This document shows positions 1 through 9,251 of a stretch of 64,000 nt of DNA, piece after piece. The notes beneath the pieces were generated by a model. It saw only the letters and a program-made list of their open reading frames with translations. It was not told the origin of the DNA and ran no database searches. Position 1 is the stretch's first letter, and each line of letters begins with the position of its first letter. Both the position numbers and the translations under genes were made by a program. Source of the stretch: Eubacteriales bacterium (GTDB taxonomy: Bacteria > Bacillota > Clostridia > Oscillospirales > CAG-272); assembly GCA_045128515.1 (NCBI GenBank), contig JBGVRO010000027.1, positions 1,148 through 65,147 on the forward strand, written 5' to 3'.

Positions 1-1446
1 CGTCACCAGGACAGACTTGGCTTCAGTAACGCACTTCTTCCCGAGCATCACAAGGAGGATATGGAGTACATCTGGGAGGTAGGTTGCACTACTATCCGTC
101 TTGCTCACTATCAGCATGACCAGTACTTCTACGATCTCTGTGACGAATACGGTATGGTAATTTGGGCTGAAATCCCCTACATCTCCAAGCACATGCCCAC
201 CGGTCGCGCTAACACCATCAGCCAGATGACCGAGCTTGTTGCACAGAACTACAACCACCCCTCTATCGTAGTATGGGGACTTTCCAACGAGATTTCTATC
301 GGTGGATCTGATGCAGATCTTCTCGAGAACCACAATATTCTTAACGACCTCTGCCACAAGATGGACAAGACCCGTCTTACCACCATCGCGGCAGTTTCCA
401 TGACCAAGATGGACGATCCTTACCTTCAGATTCCTGACGTGGTTTCCTACAACCACTACTTCGGCTGGTACGGTGGCGACACATCCATGAACGGTCCTTG
501 GTTCGACAAGTTCCATGCTATGCACCCATCCATTCCGATCGGTTGCTCCGAGTACGGCTGTGAGGCACTTAACTGGCACACCTCCGATCCCCGTCAGGGC
601 GACTACACCGAGGAGTATCAGTCATACTACCACGAGGAGCTTATCAAGCAGCTCTACTCCAGACAGTATATGTGGGCTACTCACGTATGGAATATGTTCG
701 ACTTCGGTGCTGACGCAAGAGCTGAGGGCGGCGAGAACGGACAGAACCACAAGGGTCTTATGACTATGGACCGTAAGTACAAGAAGGACTCCTTCTATGC
801 TTACAAGGCATGGCTCAGATCTGCTGAGGATGCTCCCTTCGTTCACATCTGCTCCAAGAGATACGTCGACCGTGTTGAGGACGTAACCAAGGTTACCGTT
901 TACTCCAACCTTCCCGAGGTAGAGCTCTTCGTTAACGGCGAGAGCGTTGGCAAGCAGACTGCAGCCGACCACTTCTTCCGCTTTGAGGTTAAGAACGTTG
1001 GCGAGAGCAAGCTTGTTGCCAAGGCAGGTGATTGCACAGACGAGAGCGTTATCAGAAAGGTTGATACCTTCAACGAGGAATATCGCCTTGTAGAAAAGGG
1101 TGTAATCCTTAACTGGTTTGACATTGAGGAGAAGGAAGGACGCCTTTCTCTTAACTCCAAGATGAGCGACGTTATCAGCACTCTTCGCGGCAAGCTCTTC
1201 TTTGCCAAGGTTATGGGCAAGATGATGGGCGGCAAAAAGAAGAAGGGTGAGAAAAAGGAAAAGCCTAAGGCTATGGGCTTTGAGATCACATCCGACCTTA
1301 TGGCAATGATGGGTGGCTTTACCGTTCTCCGTCTTCTCACTATGGCAGGCGGTATGATGAACGTAGAGTTCACCAAGGAAGAGCTTCTCGGCTACAACAA
1401 GAAGCTTAGCCGCATTCCTCAGCCTAAGAAAAAGAAAACCAATTAA
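1..1446 (+). CDS. GH2 beta-glucuronidase, 5'-truncated by the window edge
   Basis: Frame open from base 1 (RHQD...). GH2 motifs IRLAHYQH, WGLSNE (acid/base) and SEYG (nucleophile). GUS-type NxKG motif (NHKG). Followed by uxuA/uxuB. Confidence 0.85.
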   Translation, partial: RHQDRLGFSNALLPEHHKEDMEYIWEVGCTTIRLAHYQHDQYFYDLCDEYGMVIWAEIPYISKHMPTGRANTISQMTELVAQNYNHPSIVVWGLSNEISIGGSDADLLENHNILNDLCHKMDKTRLTTIAAVSMTKMDDPYLQIPDVVSYNHYFGWYGGDTSMNGPWFDKFHAMHPSIPIGCSEYGCEALNWHTSDPRQGDYTEEYQSYYHEELIKQLYSRQYMWATHVWNMFDFGADARAEGGENGQNHKGLMTMDRKYKKDSFYAYKAWLRSAEDAPFVHICSKRYVDRVEDVTKVTVYSNLPEVELFVNGESVGKQTAADHFFRFEVKNVGESKLVAKAGDCTDESVIRKVDTFNEEYRLVEKGVILNWFDIEEKEGRLSLNSKMSDVISTLRGKLFFAKVMGKMMGGKKKKGEKKEKPKAMGFEITSDLMAMMGGFTVLRLLTMAGGMMNVEFTKEELLGYNKKLSRIPQPKKKKTN

Positions 1447-1469
1447 TCTCTAAAAAGGAGAATAAAAAT

Positions 1470-2549
1470 ATGCAAATGACATTCCGTTGGTACGGCGAAG
1501 GTAACGACCGTATCAAGCTGTCCGATATCAAGCAGATTCCCGGCGTTGAGGGTATCGTTTGGGCGCTTCACAGCAAGATGCCCGGCGAGATCTGGAGCGA
1601 AGAGGAAATCAAGGTTGTTATGGACCAGCTTCACGAATACGGCTTTAACGGTGACGTTGTTGAGTCGGTTAACGTTCACGACGACATCAAGATCGGCCTT
1701 CCTACCCGTGACCAGTACATTGAAAACTACAAGCAGACCATTCGCAACCTCTCCAAGTTTGGCGTAAAGGTTATCTGCTACAACTTCATGCCTATCTTCG
1801 ACTGGACAAGAAGTGATCTCTTCCATCCCGTTGGAGACGGCTCCACCGCCCTCTTCTATGAAAAGGGTATGATCCAGAACGACTACAACGCTATGGCTCA
1901 GTACATCCTCGACTTTACCGAGAAGTACAATATGTCCTTCCCCGGCTGGGAGCCTGAGAGAATGGCAAAGCTTGATCAGCTCTTCAAGGACTATGCAGGT
2001 GTTGATCACGAGAAGCTTTGGGCAAATCTCAAGTACTTCCTTGAGGCAATTATGCCTACCTGCCGCGAGTGTGACATCAAGATGGCTATTCATATGGACG
2101 ATCCGCCTTGGGATATCTTCGGCCTTCCCCGTCTTCTTATCGACGGCCCCAGCATTGACAGATTCCTTTCTATGGTAGACGACGAGTACAACTGTCTTAC
2201 CCTCTGCTCCGGCTCTCTCAACGCAAATCCCGAGAACAACGTTGCTTCTATCGTAAGAAAGCACTGCGACAGAATCGCATTTGCTCACATCAGAAACGTA
2301 AAGCACTTTGAAAACGGTGATTTCTCCGAGGCAAGCCATAGAGATTGCGACGGTGACACAGGTATTCTCGACATTCTTAAGGCATACCACGACTGTGGAT
2401 ACAAGGGCTATATTCGTCCCGACCATGGCAGACATCTCTGGGATGAGAAGCCCGGCAACGTTCGTCCCGGCTACGGTCTGTACGACAGAGCGCTCGGCAT
2501 TATGTATATGCTCGGTGTATGGGATATGCTTGACAAGCTTGATAATTAA
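1470..2549 (+). CDS. uxuA: Mannonate dehydratase
   Basis: MTFRWYG, VESVNVHDDIK, CYNFMP, RPDHGR, PGYGLYDRALG motifs; RBS AAGGAG. Confidence 0.95.
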   Translation: MQMTFRWYGEGNDRIKLSDIKQIPGVEGIVWALHSKMPGEIWSEEEIKVVMDQLHEYGFNGDVVESVNVHDDIKIGLPTRDQYIENYKQTIRNLSKFGVKVICYNFMPIFDWTRSDLFHPVGDGSTALFYEKGMIQNDYNAMAQYILDFTEKYNMSFPGWEPERMAKLDQLFKDYAGVDHEKLWANLKYFLEAIMPTCRECDIKMAIHMDDPPWDIFGLPRLLIDGPSIDRFLSMVDDEYNCLTLCSGSLNANPENNVASIVRKHCDRIAFAHIRNVKHFENGDFSEASHRDCDGDTGILDILKAYHDCGYKGYIRPDHGRHLWDEKPGNVRPGYGLYDRALGIMYMLGVWDMLDKLDN

Positions 2550-2567
2550 TATTGGAGGTAAATTAAA

Positions 2568-3413
2568 ATGATTAATCTTCCCCTTAACGTAGATTTTTCC
2601 GGTAAGGTAGTAGTAGTTACCGGTGCGGGCGGCGTTCTTTGCGGCGATATGGCTCGCGCATATGCACAGGCAGGTGCAAAGGTTGCAGCTCTCGACCTTA
2701 ATGAGGATGCAGTAAAGAAGCTTGCAGAGGAGCTTACCGCTGAGGGCTTTGTATGTATCGGCTACAAGGCAAACGTGCTTGATCCCATAGCTCTTGAAGA
2801 GGTACATCAGGCAGTTCTTCGCGACCTCGGTCCCTGCGACATTCTTATCAACGGTGCAGGCGGTAACAGCCCCAAGGCTACCACCGACAACGAGTACCAG
2901 CACGAGGCAAAGGAAGGCGGCAAGTCCTTCTTCGACCTTGATCCCAACGGTGTTGACTTCGTATTCAAGCTCAACTTCCAGGGTACTCTCCTTCCCACCC
3001 AGACCTTTGCAAAGGATATGGTAGAGAGAAAGAGCGGTAACATTCTTAACATTTCCTCTATGAATGCTTACATTCCTCTCACCAAGATTCCCGCATACTC
3101 TGCTGCTAAGGCTGGTATTTCCAACTTTACTCAGTGGCTTGCTACTCACTTTGCAGGAACAGGCATCCGTTGCAACGCAATTGCTCCCGGATTCCTTGTT
3201 TCTAACCAGAACCGCGCGCTCCTCTTCAATGAGGACGGCACTCCCACAGCAAGAAGCGCGAAGATCCTTAACGGTACTCCCATGGGTCGCTTCGTAGACT
3301 CCGAGGAGCTTCTCGGCGGTCTCTTCTTCCTCACCGATGACAAGTCTGCATCCGCTATTACCGGTGTAGTTCTTCCCATCGACTGTGGCTTCGCTGCATA
3401 TTCGGGTGTATAA
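2568..3413 (+). CDS. uxuB: SDR family oxidoreductase, probable D-mannonate (fructuronate) oxidoreductase
   Basis: TGAGGVLC, NGAGGN, YSAAK, NAIAPGF motifs; directly after uxuA. Confidence 0.85.
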   Translation: MINLPLNVDFSGKVVVVTGAGGVLCGDMARAYAQAGAKVAALDLNEDAVKKLAEELTAEGFVCIGYKANVLDPIALEEVHQAVLRDLGPCDILINGAGGNSPKATTDNEYQHEAKEGGKSFFDLDPNGVDFVFKLNFQGTLLPTQTFAKDMVERKSGNILNISSMNAYIPLTKIPAYSAAKAGISNFTQWLATHFAGTGIRCNAIAPGFLVSNQNRALLFNEDGTPTARSAKILNGTPMGRFVDSEELLGGLFFLTDDKSASAITGVVLPIDCGFAAYSGV

Positions 3414-3427
3414 TTATTCTTGAATAT

Positions 3428-3459
3428 AAAAAAGGAACGGCATTGCCGTTCCTTTTTTT
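3428..3459 (+). terminator. Rho-independent terminator of the uxu operon
   Basis: AAAAAAGGAACGGC-ATT-GCCGTTCCTTTTTTT. Confidence 0.9.
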
Positions 3460-3460
3460 G

Positions 3461-3489
3461 TTGACATATGAGTTAATTTGTGTTAAAAT
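3461..3489 (+). promoter_or_regulatory. SigA-type promoter
   Basis: TTGACA-17bp-TAAAAT with extended TG. Confidence 0.7.
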
Positions 3490-3522
3490 GTTGATATATT
3501 AATATTAAGGAAAAATACCTAT

Positions 3523-4197
3523 ATGAAAAACAAGCTTTTAACCGCACTTTTAGGCTTCTTCGTCGCAATACTGATAATAACCTTCTCTATTGGTCTGCCG
3601 ATCTACTTCAGACCCTTCTATTACATGCAGATAGATGCGCTTGATATAGAAGCATATTCTGGTGCTGACAGAGAGACCATAGTTGAAGCATATAACGAGT
3701 TGCTTGATTACCTTACCCTGCCGGGTCACGAGTTTGGTACGGGCAAATTCCCATACAGTGAAGAAGGAAAATCTCATTTCGTCGACTGTAAGGTACTATT
3801 CGACCTTAATGCGACCGCATTTATTATTTCACTCATAGGTGTAGCGGCTCTGCTGATACTGAAAAAGCTCGGCATATTTGAGCTTTGGCGTCCCTTCGGA
3901 ATGAATATAACCTTCTGTTCGGGTGCGTACACTCTCGGTGGCTTTGCGCTTATCGGCGGTCTTGTGGCGCTTAATTTCGACGTGGCATTTACCGTGTTCC
4001 ATAAAATATTCTTCCCCGGTAAGGATAACTGGCTCTTCAATCCCTACACCGACGGTGTTATTATGATCCTGCCTCAGGACTTCTTTATGAACTGTGCTAT
4101 TCTTATTTTCTCATCAATAGTAATTCTCTGTGCCGGCTGTGTTATCGTAGGTCTTATTCAGGGATACAGAGCAAGGCTTAAAAAAGAGTTCGAGTAA
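3523..4197 (+). CDS. TIGR01906/DUF1461-type integral membrane protein
   Basis: Four hydrophobic segments; SEEGKSHFVDCK, FTVFHKIFF, NWLFNP and ILPQDFF motifs. Confidence 0.8.
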   Translation: MKNKLLTALLGFFVAILIITFSIGLPIYFRPFYYMQIDALDIEAYSGADRETIVEAYNELLDYLTLPGHEFGTGKFPYSEEGKSHFVDCKVLFDLNATAFIISLIGVAALLILKKLGIFELWRPFGMNITFCSGAYTLGGFALIGGLVALNFDVAFTVFHKIFFPGKDNWLFNPYTDGVIMILPQDFFMNCAILIFSSIVILCAGCVIVGLIQGYRARLKKEFE

Positions 4198-4261
4198 TCG
4201 CTTACTCATAAATAAATTGTTAACAAATACATATCCACTTGTAAACATTGGACACGTGATG

Positions 4262-4290
4262 TTGACTTAATATCCTTATCGGTGTATAAT
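4262..4290 (+). promoter_or_regulatory. SigA-type promoter
   Basis: TTGACT-17bp-TATAAT. Confidence 0.7.
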
Positions 4291-4321
4291 AAGGATGAAC
4301 TTTAACCCACAGGAGTATTAT

Positions 4322-4744
4322 ATGGGAAATTATAACCGCCGCCCATCATTAAGAGAGCGATTTGCCATGTTTATGATGGGTAGATACGGTATTGACCGTC
4401 TATATTATTTTCTTCTTGCAATATGCTTTGCGATCATAGTTGTCAACATTTTTGTCAACTCGTTTATTCTTTCCTTGATAGAAAGTGCGCTGTTTGCATA
4501 TGCGATTTTCCGCGTTTTGTCAAAAAATATTTACAAAAGACAGCAGGAAAACGAGAAGTTTATTAAAATGGCAGATAAGCCGAAGAAATTCTTCAATCTA
4601 CAGAAGTGCAAAAGGCGTGACAAAAAAACCCACGTTTACAGAAGATGTCCGTCCTGCAAAAACAATCTTCGTCTGCCAAGACAAAAGGGTGAACATACAG
4701 TTGTTTGTCCATGCTGTAAGCATCGCTTTGACGTAAAGATATGA
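4322..4744 (+). CDS. Conserved hypothetical membrane protein with C-terminal zinc ribbon
   Basis: Two TM segments after RYGIDRL; CPSC...CPCC. Start moved to 4322 because it has an AGGAG RBS and ATG 4295 is too close to the -10 box. Confidence 0.75.
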   Translation: MGNYNRRPSLRERFAMFMMGRYGIDRLYYFLLAICFAIIVVNIFVNSFILSLIESALFAYAIFRVLSKNIYKRQQENEKFIKMADKPKKFFNLQKCKRRDKKTHVYRRCPSCKNNLRLPRQKGEHTVVCPCCKHRFDVKI

Positions 4745-4748
4745 AAAT

Positions 4749-4795
4749 AAAAAGAACAGATGAGAGGTATTACCCTGAGCATCTGTTCTTTTTTT
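4749..4795. terminator. Bidirectional terminator between convergent genes
   Basis: AAAAAGAACAGATG...CATCTGTTCTTTTTTT. Confidence 0.8.
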
Positions 4796-5219
4796 ATATA
4801 ATTTCAAGCATTTTTAAAATGTATGCACCGCCGGCAACTAAAGCCAGAGCAAGAAGGATGATAAGTACACCCTTAACCTTCTTCCAAATAGCATATCTGC
4901 GTGCCTTGCGCTCGTAGCGGGAGATAGGATCGCGCTTGTGAGAAACGCTCTTAGCAAAGCGGTTAAGCCACTGAATATCCGACTTTGTAAGCTCATCAAG
5001 CTCATCCATAGCATTCTGCTCGTGAGCAATGATGTTCCTTGCCTTGCGATACTTAATAAGTCTGGGAAGAACCTCACTGCGCTCGGGAGCAAATCTCATC
5101 TCAACCAAGCTATTTATATAGGCGGAAACGCCGTTTCTGTCAACACCGAGACGATCGGCACAAGCCTTGTCAAGGTCTATATATGCCTTGAAGAAGGACA
5201 TATTTATTTTATTTGCCAT
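4794..5219 (-). CDS. Hypothetical protein, HEPN-like (DUF6548-like) domain with C-terminal TM anchor
   Basis: RBS GGAGGT before ATG 5219; R-x4-H motif RNIIAH; C-terminal hydrophobic helix. Confidence 0.6.
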   Translation of the reverse strand: MANKINMSFFKAYIDLDKACADRLGVDRNGVSAYINSLVEMRFAPERSEVLPRLIKYRKARNIIAHEQNAMDELDELTKSDIQWLNRFAKSVSHKRDPISRYERKARRYAIWKKVKGVLIILLALALVAGGAYILKMLEII

Positions 5220-5401
5220 AGACGTTACCTCCAAAGAATCGATTATTCGCCACATTCAAACGAACATAACTATAACCATACTCTATTTTACACTAAATAA
5301 AACAGAATTTCAAGTCATTTTTGAAAATTATTAAAAATTATTAAATTTTCAGCTCTTTATTGACGTTTTTTTAAGTAAAACATTACCATGTAAGTGAAAA
5401 C

Positions 5402-5619
5402 GGGGCTGTCACATTTGGCAAGACCGAAAAAGTCCGAGAATAAACAAAAAAGATCATTTGCATTTAAATTTTGTTAAATGAGACACTAATATGTTGAAAT
5501 TCTACGAATTTCTCCGATTTTTATGGACTTTTTTCTACCGCCGTTTTCGAGGCTCGACGTACACCTGTACGCCTCACGCCTCGAAGAACGACGCTTCTTG
5601 CCTAAATCTGCCTATCCCC
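5402..5619 (+). repeat. Long structured intergenic element (MITE/REP-like) containing the TCGA-CGTAS-N4-STACG-CCT core
   Basis: Nested inverted repeats ATTTGGCAAGA/TCTTGCCTAAAT, AAAAAGTCC/GGACTTTTT, TTCGAGGC/GCCTCGAA. Core shared with 9165-9251 and 40311-40399. Confidence 0.6.
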
Positions 5620-5620
5620 T

Positions 5621-5660
5621 AAAGGGGCTGTCTCAAATTTGCATTTGAGACAGCCCCTTT
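5621..5660 (-). terminator. Perfect 18-bp hairpin, probable terminator of the GDPD gene
   Basis: AAAGGGGCTGTCTCAAAT-TTGC-ATTTGAGACAGCCCCTTT, 9 nt after the stop codon. Confidence 0.7.
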
Positions 5661-5669
5661 ATATGTTTC

Positions 5670-6470
5670 TTATGGGAGATAGTTCTCAAAAATGATTCCG
5701 TCAAAGCCGTTTTTACGGGCAATCGCCTCATCCTCAGCCGAGCGAACGGTCCAAGCGATAGTAGGTACCTTGAAGAAGGCACGCACGAAGCGAAGTCCGA
5801 ATGCGTTTGCGTGTCTGTGATCATAGGCGATAAACGCGGGACGGCAAAGGAAATTAAGCAGAAGCGACTGAAGTAGGAAGAACAGAGGCTTTCTCGACTT
5901 TTCATACTCGTAATAACGGTGAGAAAGAATTCCGCGAGGAATCTCGGGATACTGCTCCTTTACCACCTTAAGCGACATGGGATTAAAGGACTCAATGATA
6001 AATTCACCCTTGTAGACCTTAAGCATTTCGCAGGCTGCATGAGACACTGTTGAGTCACCTGCATTCTCCTTAATTTCAACAAGGAGAGGAACCTTGCCGT
6101 CGACAAGTGCAAGCACGTCAGAGAACAGCGGAATACCGTCATCAGTACCAGAAAGCTTAAAGGTAGCAAGCTCATCTGCAGTGAAATCAATAACCTTTCC
6201 TTCTTTACCGCAAACACGGTCAAGGGTGTCGTCGTGGAATACCACAAGCTTGCCGTCCTTGGAAAGACGAATATCAAGCTCGATACCAAATCCACCCAAG
6301 GCGGCAGCCTTGAAAGCGGACATAGAGTTCTCTGCCCTCTCCTCGTTATGCAGACCGCGGTGAGCATAATAGAGATTTTTAAATTTTGTCATTTTTTTTT
6401 TGTTCTTCGGAGCTATCAGGAAGAGATAGATCAAGAAAAGAACAACTATCGAAATAGGAATAGCAATCAT
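5670..6470 (-). CDS. Glycerophosphodiester phosphodiesterase family protein with N-terminal anchor
   Basis: AHRGLH, ENS, IELD, VFHD, VEIK, WTV and DGIIF motifs. Confidence 0.9.
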   Translation of the reverse strand: MIAIPISIVVLFLIYLFLIAPKNKKKMTKFKNLYYAHRGLHNEERAENSMSAFKAAALGGFGIELDIRLSKDGKLVVFHDDTLDRVCGKEGKVIDFTADELATFKLSGTDDGIPLFSDVLALVDGKVPLLVEIKENAGDSTVSHAACEMLKVYKGEFIIESFNPMSLKVVKEQYPEIPRGILSHRYYEYEKSRKPLFFLLQSLLLNFLCRPAFIAYDHRHANAFGLRFVRAFFKVPTIAWTVRSAEDEAIARKNGFDGIIFENYLP

Positions 6471-6494
6471 TTTTTTAGCCTCTACAATAGAAAA

Positions 6495-7997
6495 TTAGTC
6501 GTCTGCACCACCGAGAGCTGAAAGAGCATCCTGCTTTTCCGCCTTAGCATCACCGTGTTTAACGAAGAACATAGTGATGAAGGAGAAGATTACGAATACC
6601 GTACCGAAGGAGAAGAACATTGCTCTCATACCGAATGCATCGTAAAGGATACCGGAGAGAATAGGAGCAACGATCTGCGCCGCCATAGATGCGGTATAGT
6701 AGTAACCGGTGTATTTACCAACCTCGCCACCCTTAGCAAGCTCAACTACCATGGGGAAGGAATTTACGTTAATAGTCGCCCAACCAATGCCTGCAAGAGC
6801 AAAGATAGGATACATTACTATATTCTTTACTCCTGCACCGATAAAGTTACCGATGAAGAATGCAGTAGCAAGCATTATAATACCTGCAAGAATAGTCTTT
6901 CTTCTACCAAGCTTAGATGCAATAATACCTACGGGTATGTAGGAAACGATAGCAGCTGCCTGTGCAACGATAAGCGAAAGACCGTAGTCAATATTAAGAA
7001 TAGTGGTAGCGTAAACTGTGTATTTACTTGTAATAGAGTTATAACCGATGTACCAGAGAGCAACAGATGCAAGGATAAGAAGAAGCGATGTCACCTCTGC
7101 CTTAGAGAGCGAACGCTTTTCTCCACCTTCCTCAACCTTTTCCTCAAGGCCGAGAGCAATAGACTCTTCTTCCATCTCAGACGCCCACTTCTTTTCCTTA
7201 ACGGTAAGAAGGAATACGATAAGACCGATAAGCATTACGCTACATACGAGAAGGACGTAAGAGAAGTAGTGCATATAAAGCTTGCTGGAGGTGCTCATAA
7301 CAGTGCTAAGCACGAGAATGATGATACCGCCTGCAGTACCCATAAGGTTGATGATAGCATTAGCCTTGGAACGAAGGGGCTTAACTGTTACGTCGGGCAT
7401 AAGAGCAACGGCGGGAGAACGGAAGGTTGCCATTGCGATAAGCACGAGAAGAAGAACTGCCATAAAGCCAACAAGAGGCCATACGTTAGACATGGTGATC
7501 TCACGAGCCTCGGCAACGAGGTTCTCCTTGATAGCATTAAATACCTTCTCCGCCGCATCTACACCGAGATCCTTGGTCTCCTGGCTGATGAGACCTGCCT
7601 TAAGCTGATCCGCAAGGGTTGATTTAGTAGCATTGAAAGCTTCAAGAGCATTGTTATAAGCATCAACTATACCTGCATCCTTAAGAGCCTCAAGCTGAAT
7701 ACCGTTAACAAAGGTAAGTGCGATAAAGGAAAGAACTGCGGCAACCGTACCTATTACAATAAAGGGAGTACGTCTGCCAAACCTGGTCATGATCTTATCC
7801 GACAGTGCTCCGAAAAGAGGAAGCATAAACACGGCAAGAATATTGTCAATAGACATAATAAAGCCGGAAATACTGTGAGGAAGACCGTAGTGGTTGTTAA
7901 GTGCGAGCGGCACGATTGCGTCGTATGCCTGCCAGAAGGCAGAAATCAGAAAGAACGCAAAGCCCACAAGTATGGTTCTTTTGTAGTTCAGTTTCAT
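6495..7997 (-). CDS. MFS sugar transporter (MalT/SLC45-like)
   Basis: About 12 TM; GALSD...TRFGRRTPF, RSPAVALMPD and G.YTGYYY motifs. Confidence 0.85.
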   Translation of the reverse strand: MKLNYKRTILVGFAFFLISAFWQAYDAIVPLALNNHYGLPHSISGFIMSIDNILAVFMLPLFGALSDKIMTRFGRRTPFIVIGTVAAVLSFIALTFVNGIQLEALKDAGIVDAYNNALEAFNATKSTLADQLKAGLISQETKDLGVDAAEKVFNAIKENLVAEAREITMSNVWPLVGFMAVLLLVLIAMATFRSPAVALMPDVTVKPLRSKANAIINLMGTAGGIIILVLSTVMSTSSKLYMHYFSYVLLVCSVMLIGLIVFLLTVKEKKWASEMEEESIALGLEEKVEEGGEKRSLSKAEVTSLLLILASVALWYIGYNSITSKYTVYATTILNIDYGLSLIVAQAAAIVSYIPVGIIASKLGRRKTILAGIIMLATAFFIGNFIGAGVKNIVMYPIFALAGIGWATINVNSFPMVVELAKGGEVGKYTGYYYTASMAAQIVAPILSGILYDAFGMRAMFFSFGTVFVIFSFITMFFVKHGDAKAEKQDALSALGGADD

Positions 7998-8063
7998 ATT
8001 TTTTCATTCTCCGCCTGTTTTATCCGAAGCCAAAGAGTGCATCGGCGAATATGCACTGTGTAT

Positions 8064-8092
8064 ATTTTACCATACTTATTATATTTTGTCAA
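8064..8092 (-). promoter_or_regulatory. SigA-type promoter of the MFS-GDPD operon
   Basis: TTGACA-17bp-TAAAAT on the minus strand. Confidence 0.65.
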
Positions 8093-8189
8093 ATAAATAT
8101 ATAGTAAATGTCAATAAAATATATAGCAAATATCGATAAAATAATAAAAACTCCCGAAAAAAGCGAAAAATTCGCATCTTCAGGAGCTA

Positions 8190-8720
8190 TTAAATATACT
8201 TTTTTACCCTATCAACCAAATTACCTGCCACAATACCGATCACAACACCGGCAATTGTGCCCGAAAGAATAAGAGGAATAATGTAGACTGCAATAGCAGT
8301 AGTTTCCATAACTATGCAGGCTGCAATAATCTGACCTGCATTGTGACATACACCGCCTGCAACCGATATACCGACAGAGGAAAATCTATCAAGCTTCTTA
8401 AGTAAGATCATTACCAAAAGAGCAAGTGCCGCACCCGAAAGGCTGTATATCAGGCTGACAAAATTGCCGAACAACAGAGCAGACAAAAATACTCGCACAA
8501 CCGAAACACAGATGGCATACGGCCAACCCAGAGCATAGAGTGCAAATACAGTAGCGATGTTTGAAAGTCCGACCTTAACACCGGGTACCGCAACAAATGC
8601 AGGTATCATCGACTCTACGTAAGAAAGTATCATTGCCACGGCAATAAGAGCAGACAGGGTTACAAGCTGACGGGTCGTAAGCTTTTTACCAATCTTCAGG
8701 GAAAATTTCCTATCAGACAT
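8190..8720 (-). CDS. Gx transporter / heptaprenyl diphosphate synthase component I family (EetB-like)
   Basis: LSYVESMIP, PGVKVGLSN, YSLSG, S.AGGVCHNAGQ motifs; multi-TM. Confidence 0.85.
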   Translation of the reverse strand: MSDRKFSLKIGKKLTTRQLVTLSALIAVAMILSYVESMIPAFVAVPGVKVGLSNIATVFALYALGWPYAICVSVVRVFLSALLFGNFVSLIYSLSGAALALLVMILLKKLDRFSSVGISVAGGVCHNAGQIIAACIVMETTAIAVYIIPLILSGTIAGVVIGIVAGNLVDRVKKYI

Positions 8721-9099
8721 CTACGATTCCCTCCCCCTCGCCAACGATCTCGACGATAATTTTGTTAGGAAGGCAAACGATCGTCTGTCCAACGTAGGAG
8801 ATCCTGCCGGCATTAACACATCCGTTTTTTGAGAATTTATCCGGACAGTTAGCCTCGCGCATATAAGCCTCACCGTTTTCGATTACAAGAACATTACTGC
8901 CGTTATTGATGTAAAATACACCGTCAATGTCAAGAGGATATTCTGCCACCTTAACACCGTCAACCGAAACCTCGGCAACAGCGCCCTCCTCTCTCGTAAG
9001 GAAAACAAAAAGCAAAACGGAAAGGCTGATGATCAGAAGAATGCCAACAAGAATAATATCCGAACGAAGCTTTTTGTCTTCAAGAAATTTCTTAAGCAT
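8713..9099 (-). CDS. NusG domain II-containing (DUF1312) membrane-anchored protein (EetA-like)
   Basis: N-terminal TM; ANCPD...CV..G.I...GQTIVCLPN motif; overlaps the Gx gene start. Confidence 0.85.
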   Translation of the reverse strand: MLKKFLEDKKLRSDIILVGILLIISLSVLLFVFLTREEGAVAEVSVDGVKVAEYPLDIDGVFYINNGSNVLVIENGEAYMREANCPDKFSKNGCVNAGRISYVGQTIVCLPNKIIVEIVGEGEGIVDV

Positions 9100-9164
9100 T
9101 TTCTTTTTCCTTTCCGTTTTGTTTTAAAATGTAAATAATTGTTTGCGTTTTATAGCATTTTATA

Positions 9165-9251
9165 TAATTTTGATAAAGTGCGAAGATTTTGGGGCGACAG
9201 GCGTAGAAATCTACGTCGAGCCCCAAAACTCTAAAGCAATTTACAAAATTA
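9165..9251 (-). repeat. Dispersed structured element, copy directly after the rnfB stop codon
   Basis: Minus strand: TAATTTTGTAAATTGCTTTAGAGTTTTGGGGCTCGACGTAGATTTCTACGCCTGTCGCCCCAAAATCTTCGCACTTTATCAAAATTA; homologous to 40311-40399. Confidence 0.85.
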
